Source: an uncultured Nitrospina sp.
GTDB lineage: Bacteria > Nitrospinota > Nitrospinia > Nitrospinales > VA-1
DNA length: 37,402 bases
Assembly (NCBI GenBank): GCA_964510355.1
Contig: CAZEBI010000003.1
Coordinates: 1 to 37,402 of the forward strand
Direction: 5' to 3'
A model generated the notes under the pieces. The model ran no database searches. It worked only from the letters and a program-made list of their open reading frames with translations, and was not told the origin of the DNA. Both the position numbers and the translations under genes were made by a program. Each line of letters starts with the position of its first letter. The stretch's first letter is position 1. Below are positions 1 to 8,196 of this stretch, piece by piece.

Positions 1-1
1 G

Positions 2-676
2 GAACCTTTGGGCAACATGAAGCCAATAAAAGACCTGGTGGTCGACTTCACCCCGTTCTGGGACAAGGTCAACAAGGTCAAACCTTATCTACAAGCCAAA
101 GAAGCCCCGCCGGAAAAAGAACGGCACCAATCCCAGGAAGCCTTCCTGGTGATTGATGATGCGAGCACCTGTATCATGTGCGGTGCCTGTTACTCCGACT
201 GCAATACCCTGGAGGTGGATGACAACTTCCTCGGTCCTGCGGCCCTTGCCAAGGCCCAGAGGTTTGTCGGCGATTCCCGCGATTCGCAAACCCTCGAACG
301 GGTCAAAGAACTCAGTGAACCAGGTGGCATCTGGGACTGTACCCATTGCGGCGAATGTAGTGAGCGTTGCCCGAAACCGGCCCGTCCGTTTGAGCGCATC
401 AAGGAAATCATGACCGTGGCGCTGGAGCAAGGCGTGCACAACAATACCGGAGCCCGGCACGCGCTGTCTTTTTTTAATTCCGTTAAAAGAAGCGGTAACC
501 TGAATGAAAACCGGATACCCGTTGAGTCAATGGGAATTTTCAATATTCCCGGACTGCTTAGTCTGCTTCCGATAGGAGTCAGAATGTTTCTCAAAGGCAA
601 GGTTCCCCCGGTCATTCATCATTCTATTGAAGAAGTGGATGACGTTAAACGAATTTTCAAGGAGTTGGATCAATGA
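2..676 (+). CDS. sdhB: succinate dehydrogenase/fumarate reductase iron-sulfur subunit, C-terminal part (5' end lies outside the window)
   Basis: The frame is open to the window edge. Cluster motifs [11 protein letters not shown] and [12 protein letters not shown] are present. A 4-nt ATGA overlap joins it to the next gene. Confidence 0.8.
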   Translation, partial: EPLGNMKPIKDLVVDFTPFWDKVNKVKPYLQAKEAPPEKERHQSQEAFLVIDDASTCIMCGACYSDCNTLEVDDNFLGPAALAKAQRFVGDSRDSQTLERVKELSEPGGIWDCTHCGECSERCPKPARPFERIKEIMTVALEQGVHNNTGARHALSFFNSVKRSGNLNENRIPVESMGIFNIPGLLSLLPIGVRMFLKGKVPPVIHHSIEEVDDVKRIFKELDQ

Positions 677-1554
677 AGTTTGCCCTGTTTACCGGATGTG
701 TTGCCAAAGGGGCGACTCGTGAACTGATGCTTTCCACCACCAAAGCTGCCGAGGGCCTTGGTTTTGAATTCATAGAAATGAAAAGTGCGTCCTGCTGTGG
801 TGCCGGGGTGGTTTCCGAAAAAAGCCCTTTATTGGCCGATGCGCTCAACGCCCGTTCGTTTGCTATCGCTGAAAAACAAGGGCTGGACATCGTCACCATT
901 TGTTCGACTTGTCAGGGCACCTTAAAAAAGACCGAAGCGCATCTCAAAGAAGACGACGAATATAAAAAGAAGGTCAACGAGGTTTTAGAAGGCGGCGGAC
1001 ATCAGTATAACGGTACGACCCGTATCAAACATTTTGCCAACATCCTCGCTACGAAAAAGGGCATGGCAAGATTAAAAGAACGCATCAAACGGCCTTTGAC
1101 CGGGCTGAAAGTTGCGGCGTTTTATGGCTGTTATGTCCTGCGCCCTTCAGGTCTCTCTGACTTTGACAACCCGGATGATCCGACCGGCATGGAAGATATC
1201 TTTGCCGCCCTGGGCGCGACACCGGTTTATTATCCCAGCCGTGTCAAATGTTGCGGTTTCCCCATTGTCATGATGAATAAAAATGCTTCGCTGGATATGT
1301 CGGGCAACGCTTTGCTCGATGCCATTGAGCATGGTGCCGATGTCGTGGCAACCGGCTGTCCACTTTGTCATCTGAGCCTGGACTCCTACCAACCCGAAAT
1401 TGAAGTTCTGCAAAAAAACGACAACTCCATCCCCATTTTGCACCTGCCGCAATTAGTCGCCCTGGCACTGGGTTATTCCCCGGAAGAACTGGGCATGAAC
1501 AAACACATCGTCTCCACCCTGAAAATAAACGAAATCCTCTCCGCTAACGCATAG
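673..1554 (+). CDS. HdrB-like subunit with two CCG domains, of a non-classical (type E) succinate:quinone oxidoreductase/fumarate reductase
   Basis: Two cysteine-rich CCG motifs ([15 protein letters not shown]) plus CSTCQG and CPLCH. Translationally coupled to the Fe-S subunit gene. Confidence 0.7.
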   Translation: MKFALFTGCVAKGATRELMLSTTKAAEGLGFEFIEMKSASCCGAGVVSEKSPLLADALNARSFAIAEKQGLDIVTICSTCQGTLKKTEAHLKEDDEYKKKVNEVLEGGGHQYNGTTRIKHFANILATKKGMARLKERIKRPLTGLKVAAFYGCYVLRPSGLSDFDNPDDPTGMEDIFAALGATPVYYPSRVKCCGFPIVMMNKNASLDMSGNALLDAIEHGADVVATGCPLCHLSLDSYQPEIEVLQKNDNSIPILHLPQLVALALGYSPEELGMNKHIVSTLKINEILSANA

Positions 1555-1645
1555 TTTTTAGCACCCTTCAAAAGCGGATTTAACCACAGATAAATACAGA
1601 TGAACACCGATTCCTGAATGAATGGATAGGGCTTTGCCTGATTCT

Positions 1646-1755
1646 CTCCCTTCATAGGCGAGGGAGCAAAAAGTTCCTTCTCCCCTGGAGGGAGAAGGTT
1701 AGGATGAGGGGGATAAATTAATTTCCCCCTTCTACGAAGGGGGCCGGGGGGATTT
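1646..1755. repeat. cluster of three GC-tract hairpin modules (hairpin/TIR repeat family, partial copy)
   Basis: Hairpins: CTCCCT-N9-AGGGAG (1646-1666), CCTTCTCCC-CTGGA-GGGAGAAGG (1676-1698) and CCCCCTTC-TAC-GAAGGGGG (1725-1743). They are followed by GGGGCCGGGGGGATTT, the same end as the elements at 22320 and 26035. Confidence 0.7.
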
Positions 1756-1886
1756 AGAACCTCTCAGCCAATATCCGGCTAGCCGTTCAGACAACCCAGC
1801 ATCCACGTATAGTTTCTGCTGTGCTATATTCCCTTAAGGGAAGCCAATTAGTCAGCATCTCCAAATAAAAATTTCCGGGAAGTTGT

Positions 1887-1906
1887 GGTCAAGTAGCGGC
1901 TTGACC
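1887..1906. repeat. REP-like hairpin GGTCAAG-TAGCGG-CTTGACC
   Basis: A 7-bp perfect stem containing the CTTGACCCC core, 27 nt upstream of the 1933 ORF. Confidence 0.6.
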
Positions 1907-1932
1907 CCTTGATTATTCAAACGAAAGACTAG

Positions 1933-2472
1933 ATGATGGTTATTATTAAATCGAAGGGAGTAACGCCGACAGAACGTCAACTGGCCGACCTATGTGAACG
2001 CTCATTCCTAAAGCTGTGGAGTTACCCAAACCCGTTTAAAGACGACGGAAAAGAATTATGCGATCTTCTCGCTGTTTTTGAAAATCACGTATTCATCTTT
2101 TTTGATCGTGAAAATCGGCAGTTACACAATCCAGCTAAAGACCCTATGGTCAACTGGAAACGCTGGAAGAAAAAGGTGATTGATGCGCAAATTTGTACTG
2201 CGCATGGAACTGAACGATATATCAAGAGTGGACAATGTATTTTTTTGGATAACCAGCTCAATGTTCCATTTCCTATTGATATTGATGTCGATAAAATGAT
2301 AATCCACAAAATCATTATCGCGCATGGTGCCAAAGAAGCTTGTGAACAATTTTCTGGTGACAACGTATACGGCAGTCTTGCTATTTCTTATGGAAAGCAG
2401 GGGTCAAGAAGCAGGGGTCAAGAGCAGGGGTCAAGAGCAGGGGTCAAGAGCAGGGGTCAAGTCTTGAATTAA
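1933..2472 (+). CDS. hypothetical protein whose C-terminal ~25 codons are translated from the tandem motif array (probably truncated or fused)
   Basis: 179-aa ORF. The last residues, GSRSRGQEQGSRAGVKSRGQVLN, are encoded by the CAGGGGTCAAGAG repeats. No family recognised. Confidence 0.45.
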   Translation: MMVIIKSKGVTPTERQLADLCERSFLKLWSYPNPFKDDGKELCDLLAVFENHVFIFFDRENRQLHNPAKDPMVNWKRWKKKVIDAQICTAHGTERYIKSGQCIFLDNQLNVPFPIDIDVDKMIIHKIIIAHGAKEACEQFSGDNVYGSLAISYGKQGSRSRGQEQGSRAGVKSRGQVLN

Positions 2473-2497
2473 CAGCAGGGGTCAAGTCTTGAATTAA
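2398..2497 (+). repeat. tandem array of six CAGGGGTCAAG units (iteron-like, 13-bp period)
   Basis: Units start at 2398, 2412, 2425, 2438, 2451 and 2476. The last two are extended to CAGGGGTCAAGTCTTGAATTAA, and the final one overlaps the transposase stop codon. Confidence 0.9.
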
Positions 2498-3483
2498 CAA
2501 TTAAAGCTCTTAGCCTTTGTGATTTTGATCAATTTTTTAAGGTGCCTCACATTTTTTTTATCAGACTTTAAGGTCAGTTCCAGTCTTGCAATAGCTTTGG
2601 AGACTCCAGAATAGCTCATTTTATCAAAATGATTGGCAATTTCTGATAAGTTGTATCGGCCTGCTTTTCTGCTCAAATATATCGCCATGTCCCGCGGGGG
2701 GTTGGGTATCCTATGCCGACTCCGAACGAAATCTTTCATGGCCACTCCAAAATAAGCTGCGCAAATTTCCTGTATATCTTTAATGTATGGGGCGCTACGA
2801 ATTTCAAGCGCGCCCGAAATTTCAGGATTCAGTTGCTGGTCCTGAATATATCTTTCAATACTGTCCAAAAATTTTTTATTTCCCAGAACAGGAGGTAGGC
2901 GTTTTCTGGAATAAAACCGGGTTACCTCATCATCTTCTACCGCTTCAACATACTTGCGATAGAGAGACCGAGGGTTTCGACCTCCAATAATTTTTAGCAG
3001 ATAGGATGTTTCAAGCCAGCTGCATACTTTAGCTCGACCTGTATAAAACGGGTAACTGGAATAATCAAGGTCAGCCATCCAAGGGTCTTGGTCTGCTTGT
3101 ATTGGATTACGATGAATATACCGACTCACCTGTAGCAAATAACTATCAGCATCTACCAGAATCGCCTTATAACGCCCACGGAAGAGAGGTCCATCCACTC
3201 CAATGCTACGGTTGAAACGCTGTGTGTAGACGCCGTTCAAATGGCGCATGACCCGCCCCAGATTGCCCAAGGGGGTATGGATCAATAAGTGATAATGATT
3301 GGCCATCAGACAATAGGCATGGACCTCGCATTGAAACAGGGAGGAAACCTGCCCAAGCAGGTCACGAAATTGTTTGCGGTGCTCCGGTTTCCGGAAAATG
3401 TTCTTTCGTCCGGCACCCCGATTCATGACATGATACCATGCACCTGGAAATTCAATCCTTAGCGGTCTTGACATATAAGACAA
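2494..3483 (-). CDS. IS200-like Y1 (REP-associated tyrosine transposase-type) protein with a C-terminal DnaA-domain-IV-like helix-turn-helix
   Basis: Motifs PGAWYHVMNRG, HUH as HYHLLIH, and the Tyr region YIHRNP. The C-terminal ~95 aa (PRDMAIYLSRKAGRYNLSEIANHF..YSGVSKAI) resembles the DnaA C-terminal domain. The track start is TTG; ATG at 3474 is more likely. Confidence 0.85.
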   Translation of the reverse strand: MSYMSRPLRIEFPGAWYHVMNRGAGRKNIFRKPEHRKQFRDLLGQVSSLFQCEVHAYCLMANHYHLLIHTPLGNLGRVMRHLNGVYTQRFNRSIGVDGPLFRGRYKAILVDADSYLLQVSRYIHRNPIQADQDPWMADLDYSSYPFYTGRAKVCSWLETSYLLKIIGGRNPRSLYRKYVEAVEDDEVTRFYSRKRLPPVLGNKKFLDSIERYIQDQQLNPEISGALEIRSAPYIKDIQEICAAYFGVAMKDFVRSRHRIPNPPRDMAIYLSRKAGRYNLSEIANHFDKMSYSGVSKAIARLELTLKSDKKNVRHLKKLIKITKAKSFNC

Positions 3484-3502
3484 CCATACTATAGTTTATT
3501 TA

Positions 3503-3547
3503 TTAATTCAAGACTTGACCCCTTTACTTGACCCCTTTACCCCTTTA
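3503..3547 (-). repeat. inverted-orientation motif array (TTAATTCAAGACTTGACCCCT, then CTTGACCCCTTTA x2 and a partial unit)
   Basis: 13-nt units at 3514-3526 and 3527-3539, plus a partial unit at 3540-3547. This is the reverse complement of the core in the 2398-2497 array. Confidence 0.85.
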
Positions 3548-4252
3548 TTAATGTATGGGGGCGCTACGAATTTCAAGCGCGCCCGAAATTTCAGGATTCA
3601 GTTGCTGGTCCTGAATATATCTTTCAATACTGTCCAAAAATTTTTTATTTCCCAGAACAGGAGGTAGGCGTTTTCTGGAATAAAACCGGGTTACCTCATC
3701 ATCTTCTACCGCTTCAACATACTTGCGATAGAGAGACCGAGGGTTTCGACCTCCAATAATTTTTAGCAGATAGGATGTTTCAAGCCAGCTGCATACTTTA
3801 GCTCGACCTGTATAAAACGGGTAACTGGAATAATCAAGGTCAGCCATCCAAGGGTCTTGGTCTGCTTGTATTGGATTACGATGAATATACCGACTCACCT
3901 GTAGCAAATAACTATCAGCATCTACCAGAATCGCCTTATAACGCCCACGGAAGAGAGGTCCATCCACTCCAATGCTACGGTTGAAACGCTGTGTGTAGAC
4001 GCCGTTCAAATGGCGCATGACCCGCCCCAGATTGCCCAAGGGGGTATGGATCAATAAGTGATAATGATTGGCCATCAGACAATAGGCATGGACCTCGCAT
4101 TGAAACAGGGAGGAAACCTGCCCAAGCAGGTCACGAAATTGTTTGCGGTGCTCCGGTTTCCGGAAAATGTTCTTTCGTCCGGCACCCCGATTCATGACAT
4201 GATACCATGCACCTGGAAATTCAATCCTTAGCGGTCTTGACATATAAGACAA
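3548..4252 (-). CDS. 3'-truncated tandem duplicate of the Y1 transposase (Y1 domain only, lacks the HTH); possibly a pseudogene
   Basis: The first 231 aa are identical to the 2494..3483 product. Homology ends at 3548. One extra G sits in a G-run (5 G at 3557-3561 versus 4 G at 2789-2792). Confidence 0.7.
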   Translation of the reverse strand: MSYMSRPLRIEFPGAWYHVMNRGAGRKNIFRKPEHRKQFRDLLGQVSSLFQCEVHAYCLMANHYHLLIHTPLGNLGRVMRHLNGVYTQRFNRSIGVDGPLFRGRYKAILVDADSYLLQVSRYIHRNPIQADQDPWMADLDYSSYPFYTGRAKVCSWLETSYLLKIIGGRNPRSLYRKYVEAVEDDEVTRFYSRKRLPPVLGNKKFLDSIERYIQDQQLNPEISGALEIRSAPIH

Positions 4253-4271
4253 CCATACTATAGTTTATTTA

Positions 4272-4292
4272 TTAATTCAAGACTTGACCCCT
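4272..4292 (-). repeat. single terminal copy of TTAATTCAAGACTTGACCCCT
   Basis: Identical to 3503-3523 and part of the duplicated segment. Confidence 0.85.
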
Positions 4293-4478
4293 TTATTTAT
4301 TCCATATTTTTTCATTACGCTTTCTCCTAAACCTGAACTCGTACGATCAGATTTTTTCAATTAGATGAAAATATAGTCAGGGCATCGAGTTGTTTCCGCA
4401 GGCAAGCAGAAAACAACACAAACTTCGCGCAGAGCGACGGCGCGGCCTGACAATTATTTTGTAACTATTAGGAGTTGA

Positions 4479-4883
4479 TCAGCTAAAACGAGGAGGAGGG
4501 TCCAGGAGGTCGAACAGATGAAAATCGTAGGAAGATAAAATATTTTTCATATTTCCTACGACTATGAAAACAGGGGTTGCCGGGGTTTCGAACCATACGG
4601 TCAGGTTTTTGCTGGCTGAACTATGAGACGGCAAAGTTCCCGGGGTTTTACCGCCACAATCTGCGGCAATCAGGAACTCGGCTGTCTTGTCTTTTGACGG
4701 CAAGCTATGCGGGCAAAATCCAAAATGAGTATGGCTTTTGAGGATACAATGAGCCGAGGGTGCGCCTTGTTTTTTATCAAAGGGAGAAACCTGTTCTCCA
4801 TTGTGATGGTGCGGTGAGGCCATAGCCCCTGGAGCCCAGGCCATCAACACGAACAGGATTAAAGTCACAGTTTTTATGCGCAT
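4479..4883 (-). CDS. secreted His/Cys-rich hypothetical protein
   Basis: The internal Met gives a signal peptide, MRIKTVTLILFVLMAWAPGAMA, followed by SPHHHNGE. Also has HCILKSHTHFGFCPH. No family recognised. Confidence 0.55.
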   Translation of the reverse strand: MRIKTVTLILFVLMAWAPGAMASPHHHNGEQVSPFDKKQGAPSAHCILKSHTHFGFCPHSLPSKDKTAEFLIAADCGGKTPGTLPSHSSASKNLTVWFETPATPVFIVVGNMKNILSSYDFHLFDLLDPPPRFS

Positions 4884-5108
4884 CGTTCTTTCACAAAGCT
4901 GATTTTGAATGCCCGAGTCTAACCGATAAACCCCAAACACTCAAGAGGGCACTTGAAAAAAAATGCGTTAACGGACGATTTTTTAACACTTTTGGTGGGC
5001 TGATGGCGTTGCTTGCTTCACGGGCAATGTCGTATCGGCCCCATGCCCAGTGGCTGGTTGTGAAGTATCGTTATACGGGTTAATATCGTTGAGATTTTAA
5101 TGTGGAGG

Positions 5109-5139
5109 CGATTATTTGGCAACTTCATTCAAAAGGCAG
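5109..5139 (+). repeat. left copy of a 31-bp direct repeat (ghost of the DASS gene 5' end)
   Basis: CGATTATTTGGCAACTTCATTCAAAAGGCAG matches 6637-6667 at 30/31. Weaker similarity extends about 30 nt upstream (GTTAATATC at 5079 and 6606). Confidence 0.85.
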
Positions 5140-5225
5140 GTGATCGTTCTGGGTGTTCCAATTAAAAATAAAAATCAATAATTAATATACACAACGGGAG
5201 ATGAAAAATTTCCTCTCAGCCTTCA

Positions 5226-5699
5226 TTATCTATAATCCGGGAAATTTTCATGCCTCTCGGTTAGAGGGGGGGACGGCATTTGAACCGTCTCAAACCAGAA
5301 TTTACTTAAGGTGTCTAAAGTGTGGGCGAATTGATTTTGCTCTGATAATTTTTGAATAAAAGCATTTGCCCCGAGGTTGTATGACCGAGAAACATCCTCC
5401 TGTGTTTTTGAGGAGCTCAGGATAATAACCGGAATATACCGGAACACCTGACTTGACCTGATCTCATGCAATACTTCAAAGCCATTTTTCCTTGGCATGT
5501 TGAGATCAAGAAAAATCATATATGGTAAAAAAGAATTTTCTCCTGCTCGGTTCGATATTTGTTTAAGTAGAAAATCCATACATCCTTCACCGTCCTTAAC
5601 CCAGCGGACCTCATAGTTGATGCCCAAAGCTTTAAATAATTCAACGAAAACTTGAAAGTCATCCTCATCGTCCTCAACAACCAAAATGTAAGGTTTCAT
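5226..5699 (-). CDS. single-domain response regulator (CheY-like receiver)
   Basis: Acidic pocket VVEDDEDD, phospho-acceptor context IFLDLNMP, and SSS..GANAFIQK. Confidence 0.85.
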   Translation of the reverse strand: MKPYILVVEDDEDDFQVFVELFKALGINYEVRWVKDGEGCMDFLLKQISNRAGENSFLPYMIFLDLNMPRKNGFEVLHEIRSSQVFRYIPVIILSSSKTQEDVSRSYNLGANAFIQKLSEQNQFAHTLDTLSKFWFETVQMPSPPLTERHENFPDYR

Positions 5700-6183
5700 T
5701 TCACTCTCCTAACAGTTTTTTTGTCACATTCGAATCAGTTACAAGGAATCTCCTACAGCCTCCCAAAAATGTGTTATTCCAACAGTCATATTTCTTTTTA
5801 CAGCTCAAAGCCAAACGGTCTTCACCGCTATCGTACCGTGGTAGTAATTTTTCATATTTAAGAGCCAATAACTGAACCCTTAGACAACCTCAAATTTCAG
5901 GTGAAATAAATAAAGCAAATGTTTTTAACAAGTCATGGTTTTCCTCTTAGTTGTATTTGTAGCTGAGATGTCACAATTTTGTATAAAAGTCGACATATAA
6001 AACTGCACAGTAAAACTGATGGTCGTGCTTATACCGGCTCAAGCTTCAGAAAGCTAATGAAATTTTAATTTTAGCCATATCAAATTAATTTGTCAATAAA
6101 TTATATTTATCAATATATTAGTTCCTTTTATATTGCCTTGTTTTTTCTATTCTGGTCTCATGGATGATAATTATTGAGCGAAT

Positions 6184-6540
6184 ATGGCTAAAAAAAACTC
6201 GGCTATCGAAAAACGAATAGGGGCACGGATTACTGAAGTTAGAATATCCAGGGGGCTCACTCAATCCCAGCTTGCGGAAAGAGTTAATGTCAGTAACGAA
6301 ACTATATCGCGGTTGGAGCGGGGAGTTTCCATGCCCTCGTTGAAAACGCTGGAAAAAATGGCCAGATGCCTGAAAATACCTTTGAGTACCTTTTTTACAT
6401 TTGAGAACAGGCCTCCTCAAAACCCTGCTTTCGAAAGAGAGCTTGGAAAGCTTATTGCCTTCATGCGAAAGAGAAGCTATAAGGAACTTTCTATTGTGCA
6501 TGCAATCTTAAAGGTTGTGTTTAGAATGATAAAAATCTGA
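6184..6540 (+). CDS. XRE-family helix-turn-helix transcriptional regulator
   Basis: LTQSQLAERVNVSNETISRLERG is a typical HTH_3 motif. The upstream region is AT-rich, with TTGTCA (6090) -N18- TATATT (6114). Confidence 0.8.
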   Translation: MAKKNSAIEKRIGARITEVRISRGLTQSQLAERVNVSNETISRLERGVSMPSLKTLEKMARCLKIPLSTFFTFENRPPQNPAFERELGKLIAFMRKRSYKELSIVHAILKVVFRMIKI

Positions 6541-6628
6541 TTTGTCCAATTCTTAAGTTTAATAAAGAGAAAGCAAAAAAATATTTCCTACCTGTTGCCT
6601 AGCGAGTTAATATCATTTCGTTAATATT

Positions 6629-8188
6629 TTGCGAGACGATTATTTGGCAACTTCATTTAAAAGGCAGATTTCTGTGTTGGCTACGGGCATCGTGGTTTTT
6701 CTGGCGATACTCATCATGCCGACTCCCACAGGTTTAACGCCTGATGGACAACGTATGTTAGCGGTCACTGCGCTCATGGCCATCTGGTGGATCGGGGAGG
6801 GTGCGGCACTTGCTGTGACTGCTTTGTTGCCGTTGGTTTTATTCCCCTTGCTCGGCATCCTGCCCAGCAAATTGGTTGCCCCAAATTACGGCAACCATCT
6901 CATATTTTTGTTTCTCGGCGGGTTCATGATTGCTCTCGCCTTGGAGAAATGGAATTTTCACAAACGTCTGGCATTATGGATTATTTTAGCCATCGGCACT
7001 GAGCCCCAGCGTATTGTTTTAGGATTCATGGCCGCCACGGCTTTTATGTCGATGTGGATATCCAACACCGCCTCAACGATGATGATGCTCCCGGTTGCCA
7101 TGGCGGTGGTGCGTCAAATCGCACTGGACGCGTCTTTGAACGGAGAAAAAAACTCTGCCACCCGCCAAACCATTGAGAGCGGATTAGGGTTGGTGCTCAT
7201 GCTGGCCTTGGCTTATTCTGCCAGCATCGGTGGGGTGGGCACTCTCATTGGCACTGCGCCCAATATTGTTTTTGCCGGTTTTTATAAAAAACTATTTCCT
7301 GAAAACCCGGAAATCACTTTTTTTTCGTGGATGATGCTGGCGATTCCGGTAGTGATGGTTTTTATTCCACTGGTATGGGTGTATTTATGCCGCTTTGTGT
7401 CCCCCATTCGGCTCGGAAATATTTCCGGCGGAAGTCATGCCATCATTCAACGGGAACTTGATGATCTGGGTTCCATGAATCGTGGTGAAAAAATCGTTGC
7501 GGCGGTGTTCTGCCTCACGGCGTTTTTATGGATATTTCGTAAATCCATTGTGTTTGGGGAATTTGTGATCCCCGGTTGGTCGGGGTTGTTTGGGCATCCA
7601 AAATTCCTGCACGATTCTACTGTGGCTATGGCAATGGGCATTTTGCTCATGCTCATTCCTGTTAAGGGGGGGCTGATTGTAAATGGCAAAAGGGAGTGGT
7701 TTATCCTGGACTGGCACACGGTGCAGGCAAAAATTCCCTGGGGGATTTTAATTTTGTTTGGCGGCGGTTTTGCATTGGCAAGCGGTTTTGGTGCGTCCGG
7801 GCTGGATAAATGGATCGGCGACAAACTCACTGGTATTGCGGGTTGGCCTTTGTGGGCGGTGGTGCTCACCATTTGTCTTGCTGTTACTTTTTTGACTGAG
7901 TTGACGTCTAATACCGCAACCACAACGATGATTCTGCCTATCCTCGGCATGGCGGCGGTTGCGGCGGCGGTGCATCCTTTGTTTTTTATGGTGCCGGCAA
8001 CGCTTGCCGCTTCCTTTGCGTTCATGTTGCCGGTGGCGACTCCACCGAATGCGATTGTGTTTGGTAGCGGTTGGGTGAGTGTGCCGCAAATGTCGCGCGC
8101 CGGCCTTGTCCTCAACTTTATTGGCGCAGGCATTGTGACCGTCGCTGTTTTGCTTTTAGTGGGTTCGCTATTTCTTACCCTGCAATAA
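6629..8188 (+). CDS. DASS-family (SLC13-like) sodium:anion symporter
   Basis: Polytopic membrane protein with two SNT hairpin motifs (SNTASTMMMLP, SNTATTTMILP). The start is uncertain: TTG at 6629 with no upstream ATG. Confidence 0.8.
   Translation: MRDDYLATSFKRQISVLATGIVVFLAILIMPTPTGLTPDGQRMLAVTALMAIWWIGEGAALAVTALLPLVLFPLLGILPSKLVAPNYGNHLIFLFLGGFMIALALEKWNFHKRLALWIILAIGTEPQRIVLGFMAATAFMSMWISNTASTMMMLPVAMAVVRQIALDASLNGEKNSATRQTIESGLGLVLMLALAYSASIGGVGTLIGTAPNIVFAGFYKKLFPENPEITFFSWMMLAIPVVMVFIPLVWVYLCRFVSPIRLGNISGGSHAIIQRELDDLGSMNRGEKIVAAVFCLTAFLWIFRKSIVFGEFVIPGWSGLFGHPKFLHDSTVAMAMGILLMLIPVKGGLIVNGKREWFILDWHTVQAKIPWGILILFGGGFALASGFGASGLDKWIGDKLTGIAGWPLWAVVLTICLAVTFLTELTSNTATTTMILPILGMAAVAAAVHPLFFMVPATLAASFAFMLPVATPPNAIVFGSGWVSVPQMSRAGLVLNFIGAGIVTVAVLLLVGSLFLTLQ
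6637..6667 (+). repeat. right copy of the 31-bp direct repeat, inside the start of the DASS gene
   Basis: CGATTATTTGGCAACTTCATTTAAAAGGCAG; see 5109-5139. Confidence 0.85.
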
Positions 8189-8196
8189 CTCAGGTT

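Larger units (their letters stand above)
1887..4305. mobile_element. REP/RAYT cluster: REP-like hairpin, passenger ORF, 6-unit motif array, Y1 transposase-HTH gene, inverted motif array, truncated duplicate transposase, terminal motif copy
   Basis: Ten perfect copies of GGGGTCAAG/CTTGACCCC lie between 1900 and 4291. Similar direct sequences sit at both ends (CTTGACCCCTTGATTATTC at 1900-1918; CTTGACCCCTTTATTTATTC at 4283-4302). Confidence 0.55.

Noticed and set aside
2301-2309. TAATCCACA, a one-mismatch DnaA box near the DnaA-HTH fusion gene
   Set aside because: It is a single occurrence inside a coding region, which is expected by chance. The repeated motif at this locus is AGGGGTCAAG, not a DnaA box.
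2398-2497. Tandem repeat array considered as a CRISPR
   Set aside because: The units are 13 bp and directly abutting, with no spacers. There are no cas genes, and the motif is shared with the transposase flanks.
4280-4315. Mini-ORF MKKYGINKGVKS on the minus strand with AGGAG 7 nt upstream
   Set aside because: It is only 12 codons long and runs straight into the REP copy. Joining it across the cluster to the left-hand repeat gives no convincing longer ORF.
4584-4600. GGGGTTTCGAACC resembling a tRNA T-arm
   Set aside because: It lies inside the secreted-protein CDS. I could not fold an acceptor or anticodon stem around it.
7447-8133. 228-aa minus-strand ORF, plus other long antisense ORFs (25049..25663, 22752..23273, 20053..20490, 11417..12025, 35411..35851)
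   Set aside because: All lie fully inside confidently identified genes on the other strand (DASS, argB, mutM, ilvD, dnaE, comM). Their composition is typical of antisense frames.
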